Below the pieces are notes generated by a model. That model saw only the letters and a program-made list of their open reading frames with translations. It ran no database searches and was not told the origin of the DNA. Both the position numbers and the translations under genes were made by a program. From Raja brachyura (Eukaryota): a stretch of DNA of 64,000 bases. The stretch covers positions 21,142,001 through 21,206,000 of the forward strand of contig OY740793.1 of assembly GCA_963514005.1 (NCBI GenBank), given 5' to 3'. Shown in pieces: positions 1 through 9,849 of the stretch (position 1 is its first letter; every line of letters starts with the position of its first letter).

Positions 1-1030
1 AAACACACGGGATGGAGGTTGATGTGGTTTTATTCAGCGCCTATGGCATGTCATTCCTGACCAGGACATATTGGATGGGGCAGCACAGAGACAGTTTCAG
101 CCTGCAAATGTTCCATGTTGCTGTTTCTGAGCTGGGATTGTAGGCAGGCAGCATGGTACATTTGACTGTGTGTCGTATTCCCCAGAACCTAAGGAAACTA
201 ACACTAAGCCAGCCTACCTCCACTGTGAATTTAAATCATAAGTAGCTGGATATCTGAATGACTTCATAAATACATTTCATTTTTTAATTGAAATATCATC
301 TTTCACTTGAGAATCATTTAAGTCAATATCCTCCATGGACCACAGGGAAAAAATAATTCAGCTGTTTCAAAGGGTATTCTGTAGTTTACGGAAAATCAAT
401 AAAATCGCCTCAGCCTTATAACACATTACTTAAATGAGGGAAATGGACATCACATGCTCTGAAAAATTGAAAAAATCTCCCAGCCAGCAATGTATTAATA
501 TGATCCTCTACAGATTAGAAAGAGGCTGTTGCTGGGAATGAAATCTAAATTACTGCTTCAACGTTACACAGGAACCATACTCATCCAAACTCAAGCAATC
601 ACTTAACCCCAGCTTTAAATCCATATGACTCCATCACAAGTTCAGATTAAAATACTTGATTGTAATGTTATTTTTACCCAAAGCATGAAAGAAGGTTATC
701 TTGGAATTAAACACAGCCACTTTCACAAGGAAATTGAGTGGCTTTTCCCACTGAGCTCAGGTGCAAAAGTCAACTGACATAAATGATCCTGCCTGCATCT
801 TTGGCAATCTTTTTTCTTATTTTTAAATCTTGACTAAGCAAATAAATATAATTTGTGAACACTTACAAGCACACCAATACGTGCAAAGGGAAACTGCAAC
901 ATTGAGCACACAAACACCTAGAATATTTTAAAATTATGTTTCTATCCTTCGAATGTGGATTTATTAAATGCACAAACTGCATTATCAAATATTTTAAAAA
1001 TATCATTATTTTCTCGTTTCTCTCATTTTC

Positions 1031-1326
1031 GTTCCGGCGGCGGACCCTGTGGCGGTGTTCCGGCGTTCCAGCGTCAGCGGTGGCGGCGGCCTGGATCCCC
1101 TCAGCGCAGAGGGAGAATCAGGAGGGATGAAAGACAGAGACCCTAAGACTTTTGCCTTCCACCACAGTGAGGAGGTGTTTGGTGAACTCACTGTGGTGGA
1201 TGTTAATTTTGTGTTTATTGTATGGTATTGTTATTTTTATATATGTATGACTGCAGGCACGAAATTTCGTTCAGACCGAAAGGTCTGAATGACAATAAAG
1301 GCATTCAATTAAATTCAATTCAATTC
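1031..1326 (+). mobile_element. 5'-truncated copy of the VNTR retroposon family
   Basis: Homologous to 57690-57935; (ATTCA)n tail. Confidence 0.75.
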
Positions 1327-2529
1327 GTAGCCTCTCGTTTTATGAGCAATTGTATTTAACTAATGACATGATCTGATCGTCAAGAAATGCAATGAAGTAC
1401 ATACCCACATCACACAATGGAGGAAATATTGATGAGAAATTCTATCGTATAAGGCTGTCGCTTCAACATTGTGCAACTAATGAATCATTTTCCCCCCAAA
1501 TTGAAGCATGAGAAGGACCAATTGAGAGGTGTTTTACATCGTGATAGGAAAATAAAAACAGGAACTTTTGTGTATGAGTAAACTTTGAACTGCTAATGTA
1601 ATTTTCCCATTGAGCTACATGGGATAATACCAATTTTGTGCAAAGGTCTTTTTTGGATTATTGTTGGAAATTTGATCCATGTGGATCCTAAGAGTGCACA
1701 CCCTGTACTGTACACCACTGTAAACCACTCCACTGATCTTGCTCCCATATCCTCATCTGGTTTTGCAGCTCGTGACCCAGTATTTACATGACCGCCAGGC
1801 TCTAATCTCCCAATCTGTTTATCCAACCTTGAATATCCAGTCCTTACCTGCTGAGTAACTGTCCTCCAAACTCCATGACTGGCTGCGATCAGGGCCTTGA
1901 GTTGGATGTCCCTGTTGGGTATGAGAACTCCAGAATATAACTGTGAAGATGTACATATGAGGGCCAGTGTACTTTTAGAAATATTTAGAAATATTCACAA
2001 TACATTGTTGTGCCAGAGATTGTAACAATATACTGTAGTTTGGTCAATTCTTAAAGCTATCCTTGTTATGTGCCTTATTGAGCAGATATGCAAAAGGAGT
2101 TGCTGCCTGAGGGAGGTGTAGGGCAGTAATGAGAAGCAAAGTTAATAGGGAATATAGTTCGCTATTTGGATGACCAAGTTAGCGGGCTTAAGGAATACAA
2201 CTGAATTCAAATATTTGTCCTGTACACAGAACAAATAGAAACCTTCCCGAGGGTGAATAATATAATATGAAATCCCTAGATTAGGATACAGTACAGAGAA
2301 ATGTGACCACATGTACTGATAATGCAAACTTGTTACGAGTTTGTGGGGCAGGCACATACAAGACTTCAATGGGATAATTAGTGCTGCAAACCACAGACAA
2401 GATCTCTTTCAAGGTCAATGCAAACACTTGAGAGAGCATTTTAACGCAGCTTTCTCAAAGAGTTCAAATCTTGATACATCCAGCAAGAGACCAGAGGGAA
2501 AAAACAAATAGAACAACTATCCATTTCAT

Positions 2530-2690
2530 TAGGTATTTTTAATGCGGAGATTAACAGATTCTTCATTAGTAAGGGCGTCAAGGGTTATGGGGAGATGGCA
2601 GGAGAATGGGATTGAGAGGGAAAGATCAGCCAAGATCGAATGGTGGAGTAGACACAATGCGCTGAGTGGCCTAATTCTGGTCCTATGACA
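2530..2690 (+). mobile_element. CR1-like 3' end
   Basis: AAGGGTTATGGGGAGA..GATCAGCCA..GAATGG..TGGCCTA 3' UTR pattern. Confidence 0.7.
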
Positions 2691-3537
2691 TAAAAATGAA
2701 CTTATGCAGAAATGCAGAGTGACATAGGTTTTTTTCAGTAAAACCACATGAACATTACAACTGGTGGGAAGGCAAACTAGGAGGTCATATGTGTGCAAAA
2801 GGCATGGAGTATGTGCAAAATACAAGAAACCTTGTCATGAATATTCTGGAAACTAGTTAGTCTTGGAATGATTGTCATGGTAAGCTGGCAAAGAGTAGAA
2901 CACATGGCACAGTGTACAGGTCCCTGAAGAAACGAATCAGGTAAACCTGAGACAAAATGGGAGTGCAGGTATGGAACAGCCCAGCTGGGCTACTGCAAAC
3001 ACAATCAAATCAGAAAACAAGGATTGGAAACAAAAACAGATTGTGCAACACCAGAAACTGCAGATGCTGGAATCTTGAGCAAAATACAAATTGCTGGAGT
3101 AACTCATTGGGTCAGGCAACATCTGTGGAGGGAATGCAGTCGACGTTTCGGGTCGGCTCTTTCTTCATACAGATTATGTGACACTCATTGCATAACCAAA
3201 GGGAATGATGTAATGGTATATATACAACCAAAGAGTGATTGGGAAAGCAACGGTATCCTTACAGCAAATTGGTCGGCTATAAGCCAGGACGTGCTTTGGA
3301 AATACCTCCACCACTTTCTATTGAGGTAGAGCTAAATGTTTGCAGGCAAACACATGGAACATAATCCTGAATTTACACGAAGACAAACCTCTGCAAAATT
3401 ACAATTATTTTTATATTTATGGGCCAGAAGCATGCAATCGAATCTTGTATAGACTCAATGGTATCATGTTCCAGGGTATGTTCCATTGGCTGAAATATCT
3501 GTTCAGCTTCCTTCAAGGTGAGGAATCTTTTGGATCT

Positions 3538-3677
3538 TCTTCTTCTTCTTTCGAGTGGCGTGCACAGCCTAAAGTTGTTGGACAACTTATTCTATTTGAT
3601 CTTCCATTTGTGCACGTCGAGTTGATTGCACTAGTCGAAACAGGGCGGACCACGTGAAGGTTGCAATCTTTCACCCC
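3538..3677 (-). mobile_element. 140-bp SINE-like retroposon with 5' HDV-like ribozyme, copy 1
   Basis: 11-bp TSD CTTTTGGATCT at 3527-3537 and 3678-3688; (GAA)n tail on -; homologous end to end to 6851-6987. Confidence 0.85.
3625..3677 (-). ncRNA. Minimal HDV-like ribozyme (predicted)
   Basis: Minus strand: P1 GGGGUGA / J1-2 AAG / P2 AUUGCA / P3 ACC / L3 UUCACGU / P3' GGU / P1' CCGCCCU / G / mini-P4 U-UUCG-A / J4-2 CUAG / P2' UGCAAU. G1.U wobble present; one A.C mismatch at the distal end of P1. Confidence 0.75.
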
Positions 3678-4543
3678 CTTTTGGATCTAAAAGTCATGCA
3701 GTGAAATTAAAACTCCCGTTTGTGGAGAACCTCATCTATTGGGACACTTGTTTAAATCTACTCCACATTCCCTGTTAACATTAATGCCTTGGCTCTTGGA
3801 GCATTATGAGTAAGAAGGTGGATCTTTGAAATATTTTGTCAAGAATTTCTTTCTTTCATGAGTCCATGCATTCTTTTTTCCTCAAATTTTCCTCTAAGCA
3901 GCAAGATATGTCCTAACTCACTCAGCAAACCAACTTCCTTTTATACACTAGGTCCCGACTAAACTAGCAAAAGTTTAGACTTAACTAGAAAATTTCAAAT
4001 AGCAGAGACCCTTCCCTTGGCTCTTCCCACCTCCAGAATGTATCCATTAAGAAGCAGGGGGAGTTTTCTTTAATGCGTAATGATTAATCATTGTTCATTA
4101 AAGGTACAAGGAAAAAACAGGTGATCCCAAGAGTATTCCAGTTTTGAACATTTCTAAAATAAATTTGAAGCGAAAATCCAGAAGGAATCAGCCTTCCTGA
4201 CTCCTCTGACAATGTACCTAATCAGCAAGAAATCTATGATTCGCTTACCTTCCAGCCAGCTTTGTATTTCTTTCAAATTTAACACCCAAAAAGGATTCTA
4301 AATAAGTTTTCCATTCTTAACATCATTAGAATAAATAGCTAAGATCATTCATGTCTCACCTTACCATGTAAAAGGTAAAACTGGAAAATTCATAATAAAA
4401 AAGAAGCATTTTTAAGTATCTTGCATGAAAAACATACTTCAGATTTCTGGATGGAGCTGCAATAAAGGGTCAAGTGGATCTTGGGAACAGAGGAGACGAT
4501 ATTGTAAGAGCCAGAACTCGACGCCACAAGATTTTTAGCCTTA

Positions 4544-5174
4544 AGCCCCTGTCCCACTTGGCCAATTTTTTCGGCCACTACAGGCGTCTAGATTGTCGCC
4601 ACATGGTCGCGGGATGATGCCTGTATGGTTGTGAGTAGTCTCCTCAAGTCGCCTAAAGAGACATAATGTTTTTCTGGTCGCCGCTGGATTTTGAAATATT
4701 CAAAATTTTCGGCGACTGTGGGCTTGACGTAGCTTGTTGTAGGTGCTGTCGTAGGTTGGCGGCCAGATGGCCCAGTTTGTCGCCAGATGACGTTAGTTGT
4801 CGCCTGGTGCTGACTTTGGTGAATTCCATTGGGACTACCTACGTCAACCTATGTCAACCTACGTCAACCGGCGACAGGTACCAGTGACTGAATTGTCTTC
4901 AGTTGTCACCGACAGGGTTGTTGCTTGTCGTAGCTTGTCGCGGGTAGATGTAGGTTGACTTTGGTTGTCGCCTGTGTGGTCGTAGGTTGTCGTTGGAGTG
5001 GTCGTTGGTGGAAGTCCTAATGGGTCGCCAGTTGTCGGTAGCTTGCCATAGCTTGATGTTGATAGGTGGTAGGTTGTCGTAGCTTGTCATGGGGGGGGTT
5101 TAGTCACCGCTTTTTCGGTGACCTGCTACGACTGTGAGAGTCGCTGAAAAAATTGCCTAAGTGGAACAGGTCCT
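4544..5174. mobile_element. PIF/Harbinger-type MITE
   Basis: TIRs AGCCCCTGTCCCACT ... AGTGGAACAGGTCCT; TTA TSD (4541-43, 5175-77); GTCGTAG-rich interior; reverse-orientation homologue of 44783-45414. Confidence 0.85.
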
Positions 5175-5303
5175 TTACAGTTTTGGTGGGCACCACCCTA
5201 ATAAGCTGCACATTGACACTGGGAAGTGTAATATTTAAATATAGGATCTACAGGATGCCAAATAAGTAATGGCAAGTAACTTAAATATAATGCATCATAT
5301 GAT

Positions 5304-5565
5304 GGGCAGCACGGTGGTGCAGCAGTATGGGTGCAGTCTGTATGGAGTTTGTACGTTCTCCCCATGACCACTTGGGTTTTCTCTGAGAACTTTGGTTTCC
5401 TCCCACACTCCAAAGACGCACAGGTATGTAGGTAAATTGGCTTGGTAAATGTAAAAATTGTCCCTAGTGTGTGTAGGATAATCTTAATATGCAGGGATCG
5501 TTGGGCGGCGCGGACCCGGTGAGCCAAAGTGCCTGTTTCCGCTCGGTATCTCTAAACTAAATTAA
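5304..5565 (+). mobile_element. HE1/V-SINE-like tRNA-derived SINE (head partly deleted)
   Basis: GGCAGCACGGTGGTGCAGC head; V-domain GGAGTTTGTACGTTCTCCCC..GGTTTCCTCCCACACTCCAAAGAC; tail GCCTGTTTCC..TATCTCTAAACTAA. Confidence 0.8.
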
Positions 5566-5796
5566 TCTAGAGTCCAGAACTTTACATGATTAAATAAAGG
5601 CATTACAACTAAACCAAAAATTGAGAAGAGGCTTCCAATATACCTAAGGCTGAGCATACAAAAGATAACCATTACTGGAACACATTGGGACCATAAAGTG
5701 GAAAGTTAGGATATTTAAATAGAAAATGGCAGGCAAATGCAGATTACCATGGATTTTTTTTAATATGTGACACAAAATGCAAGAATAATTCAGAGG

Positions 5797-5928
5797 GTCA
5801 CGCAGCATCAAGGGGTATGGGGAGAAGGCAGGCATGGGTTACTGATTGTGGATGATCAGCCATGATCACAATGAATGGCGGTGCAGGCTTGAAGGGCCAA
5901 ATGGCCTCCTCCTGCACCTATTTTCTAT
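5797..5928 (+). mobile_element. CR1 3' end
   Basis: GGGGTATGGGGAGAAGGCAGG..GATCAGCCATGATC..GAAGGGCCAAATGGCCTCCTCCTGCACCTAT. Confidence 0.8.
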
Positions 5929-6420
5929 CTCTGGAGAATGTGGATTGGTGGCGTTTCAGGTTGGGAACCTTCTTCAGACTGATTGTAGGTGGAGGCTAAG
6001 GGGGTGAAAAAAGCTGGGAGTAAACAGAGGCAGCTCAAAGGGGGGGGAGGGGATTCATACGCAGATGGAAGAAGGCCAGAGATGTAAACAAAAAGATGAG
6101 ACAAGGATAGAAGAGGTACAAATTGTGAAGCCAGTGGAAGGAATATATGTGGAAGGGGAGGAGGAGGGGAAGCTTATCTATTGAAGCTACCTGCTCTCTT
6201 CAATCAGCCCTACTTGGACATGTCCCCATTTCTCCCCTTTCAGCTTTCTCCTCGCCACCCCTGTCCCACCACCACAATGTCTCACGAATGGTACCGACCC
6301 GAAATGTCACTTATCCCTGTTCTCCGGAGATGCTGCCCGACCACTGAGTGACTCCGCACTTTGCGTCTTTTTTTGTAAACCAGTGTCCAGTTGTTTTTTG
6401 TAAACAGTTCCTTGTTTCTC
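5929..6420. mobile_element. Penelope pLTR fragments in inverted arrangement
   Basis: CCTTCTTCAGACTGA (-) at ~5970 and GACCCGAAATGTCAC..GAGATGCTGCC (+) at ~6300. Confidence 0.7.
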
Positions 6421-6850
6421 CACGGCTTTAATAAAAATAACCATCATTGTTGAAGAAAGAGCGAGCATTTGAGGTTGAATTAATTTTGGAAGATTAAAGT
6501 TACAGCGGAAGATATAAATAAATATCATATCAATTGTTCTTTGCAAATTATGGTGTCACTGAGAAATATGGGAGGAACTGGAAGGATGGAGGTAGCTAAC
6601 TGTAACAAAATAATTTTCTGCAAAGAAATAAATAAGAAATTGGCCTCTGATGACATACACATTTGGCTGTTAAAGAAAATATGTTAGGGGCTAATAGAGG
6701 CTGCAGTTAATTTTTCAATACTGCCTCACTATCTAAATGAGGGATGAAACTCTCTAATCCAGCACTCTTTGGACCCAACCAGTGCAGGACCACAGTAAAT
6801 GCTGGAACACAGAAATTATTCCTGATCGTCCTCCACTGAGCAGGAGATCT

Positions 6851-6903
6851 GGGGTGGGAGATTGTAACCTTCACATGGTCCACCCTGTTTCAACAAATGC
6901 AAT
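6851..6903 (+). ncRNA. Minimal HDV-like ribozyme (predicted)
   Basis: P1 GGGGUGG(6851-57)/CCACCCU(6880-86) with G1.U; P2 AUUGUA(6861-66)/UGCAAU(6898-6903); P3 ACC/GGU; L3 UUCACAU; putative catalytic C at 6894 in J4/2 CAAA. Confidence 0.75.
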
Positions 6904-6987
6904 CAACCTGGCGTGCACAAACAGAAGATCAAACAGAATAAGTTGTCTTACAACTTTTGGCTGTGCACACCATACGCAAGAAGAAGA
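6851..6987 (+). mobile_element. 137-bp SINE-like retroposon with 5' HDV-like ribozyme, copy 2
   Basis: 12-bp TSD AGCAGGAGATCT at 6839-6850 and 6988-6999; (GAA)n tail; inserted into a LINE 3' fragment. Confidence 0.85.
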
Positions 6988-9645
6988 AGCAGGAGATCTG
7001 TTCTTTACACACTGGTCAACCTGAGGAGTGCCTTAAACAACCGACTGGTTCCACGAAGATGCAATACAGAATGTCACAGGGAATCCTTCTTCCCTGTGGC
7101 TATCAAAATGTACATCTCCTTCCCCTTCTGTCGTGGGGTAGACTGACTCCCCTTCCCCCCCACCCTTCCCTCCTTAATCTTTGCACATCCCAATCCTTTT
7201 CACTCGTCACTTTAATTTCATGTTTCCTGCATCTTGTGTTTTATGACTATTAGCAGATCAATTTCCCTCCTGGGATAAATAAAGTTCTATCAAATTGCAT
7301 TGTGTCGACACTCCACGGATTACGTGAATATTATTTTCCTGGGAACTGTTTGTAACCCAAAGTTTCTGTTAAATCGTAAAGGATTGTCAGCTGAAATTGC
7401 TGTTGGGTGATATCACAATAGTTGCAGTGGTAGGTTAATTAGGTACAGGTTAATACAGATCTTCATTAATTTGAGATCCTAATTAGATCTTTGTTAAAAT
7501 TTGCTAATTGTTACAGATCATTACGAGAGATTTAAATCATACCAGAACATGGCAGTTGGCAGGCAACAAATTCCAAGGCAGAGTTTCAGTCTGCATTGCC
7601 ATCATTCTGCTGAGTAACTGATACAACAGCCCTCCTCAAGAAAGATGGAAATTATAAACAGAGTAATTATGGATTAATTTGTGGCACATTTCAAGGACTG
7701 ATTTCAAGTCATTCTGCCTTATCTAATTCATATCAATTCCCTGCATTTACTACATTTTTACACCTATTTTTCACTTCTTGTGATTTGGCTTGAAGCGTTC
7801 ACCTGGAAAGATCAGTGACCTTAGATTATTTACGTTGAAATTCAGTGACATCAATAGGATTCGAGTAGTGAATGGAAAAGCAGAATCACTTGGTGGTGCA
7901 GGCATGAAACAGCATGGGAACCCATGATGGGGATTCTCAGGAGGCTGTAGTTGGGCCACTGTAAAGCTGAAGGTCTAATTGCAGATATCTTCCCTCTCAG
8001 GGCCTGAGAGCCCAGATCCGCCTACTTCCCACATCAGGAGGTTGTGCTTCACTAGGCAGTCAGTGATATTTTTATACAATGAATTACAGCCTACTGTCCC
8101 AGCTGACCATGCATTCCCTGCAGCAGTGAAAATTACTGTGATTCGTGTTTCATTGATCTTGAGTGCTCACCAGATGTATTAGATGTTGGCAGTCCTATCA
8201 GTCAGTCTCTGCATCAGCCTGCAGTAGCACTACAGGCCTCCCCAAGTTCAAGCTATGATAGACTGTGACTGTGCATCCAGCACCCCCTACACCCCCCCCC
8301 CACCCCCACCCACACACTTAACCAGATGTCATCCAGAGTGCCTGCGCGTCATTACATCAGACACGCTTGGCGCACCGACAGTCTGGAGTGCACAGCTCCA
8401 CCAGCGGTAAGTAAAACGCCCGCAGGTAAGTGTTTTAAACGTTCTGCGGTTTACTAGGTCCCGTAAAGCTGGTTACAGGAGCCAGCAGGGACACTTCCAA
8501 AGGGAAAAAATATTAACAGAGAAAATAAGGCGAGTGTGTCACCTATAAAGTAAAATTTACCCGTGTGGCTGCGGTCAGCGGGTGTACGCCAGCTTTGAGA
8601 CGCCGACTTCAGAGCCGCCGGCAGTTCAGGCAGCGGCAGCAATTCCGGTGCTTTACAGCACTGAGGCCACTCCTGTCGGGAGGCAGGCCAAGAGTACATT
8701 GTCCAGGCCTGTCAACTCTGATGAGTGAGGCCAGAAAGACTTTTTCCCTTCTAAAAATAAAGGTTGGGGACGGTTGGACAACGTGGAACAACTCATGGAT
8801 AAAATGATCAACCGGGAGGTGTTCCAGCCAGGATTTTATACCCCAGGGTCCCCAGCAGCTTTCAGCAACCTCTAGCAGAGGTCCGTATTACAAAAGAGCT
8901 GTACACGTATATGAAATATAATATGCCTATGAGTCTGCATGGGGACCCATAACAGCAGCGCCTTTTTAAAGGCTGCATGATACCTCCCGTGAGCATGAGC
9001 CGGGAGAGCCAGGGCAGTATGAATCTGACCCTGAGGTTTGGTGTCACTGCTTATGTGCATACATCAAAGCACATGAGCTATGCTCCGGATGTGGCCAGCA
9101 ATTTTGCCATACCGGCGGGAACTGGTGAAGCCATGGATGACAATCTGGCCAGCAATTTAATTATATGGCCTCTCACCAGCTCCAGGACTCCATAATGGAG
9201 GAAACATCGCAAGAGATATCAGACACCTGTTAACTTTGCATCGCTCTAAAGGGGCGCATCATGAGGGCGCATGAGTTAAGGCTGCAGAAAGTCCTAAAAA
9301 CTGGTTGGAGCAGGAATAATGGTGTTTGGGCAAATGGTACAAGGGCACCACTATCAAAACACAGCAGGCTATGGACCCTGCTGTGTAATGCCCATTTTGA
9401 AAATTAATTATTCACAAAATAGCCAGCAAGCCTACGCTCAACCCACGGTTCACAGCTTTGTGCAGATCCTCTATTATCCAGGAAAAGACCTGGGCGATGA
9501 GGCAAAAACAATCGGCCTCATTAAAACTCATCCTGAGACCAGGATGCCACCTCAAAAACCATACCCTTTCAGAACGGGAAGGGGTAATTGAACTAGAGAC
9601 GATGGTGCAGGTCAAGGACCAAGCCGGGCGACCCCAGCTACATGT

Positions 9646-9731
9646 ATCGCTCTTCGGGGTTTTGGCTGAGATCAAGTGTAGCATATGTTCTTATCAGTTT
9701 AATATCTGATACGTCCCTTATCTAGGGACCA
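9646..9731 (+). pseudogene. RNU2: U2 snRNA 5' fragment (3'-truncated copy) inside DIRS
   Basis: ATCGCTCTTCGGGGTTTTGGCTGAGATCAAGTGTAGCATATGTTCTTATCAGTTTAATATCTGATACGTCCCTTATCTAGGGAC starts at U2 nt 1. 64/71 match to recalled human U2, including a 31-nt exact run (9686-9716). Stem IIb GTCCCT/AGGGAC intact; no Sm site or 3' stems. Confidence 0.9.
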
Positions 9732-9849
9732 AAACATTGGCACGCTCCAATGCACACCCCAAACAGGGCTAGGGGACCAAGGAATCCAGCAACCATGAAG
9801 GCACAAGTACTGGACTAGTCCAGGATGTATCCTCTAGAGGTCAGTCACC

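Larger units (their letters stand above)
6810..7295 (+). mobile_element. Rex/Babar-like LINE 3' fragment hosting the ribozyme retroposon
   Basis: RLVPRRCNTECHRESFFPVAIKMY C-terminal motif; tail GGGATAAATAAAGTTC. Confidence 0.6.

Noticed and set aside
4666-5090. ORFs inside the GTCGTAG-rich element (also 28189-28460 and 45183-45386)
   Set aside because: They lie in non-coding Harbinger-type MITEs and show no transposase motifs.
7315-7332. GGATTACGTGAA as the displaced DIRS left terminus
   Set aside because: Only ~10 nt of similarity, 1 kb away; could be chance.
9646-9731. Functional U2 snRNA gene
   Set aside because: Lacks the Sm site and 3' stems, has substitutions in stem I and the branch-recognition region, and is flanked by DIRS sequence.
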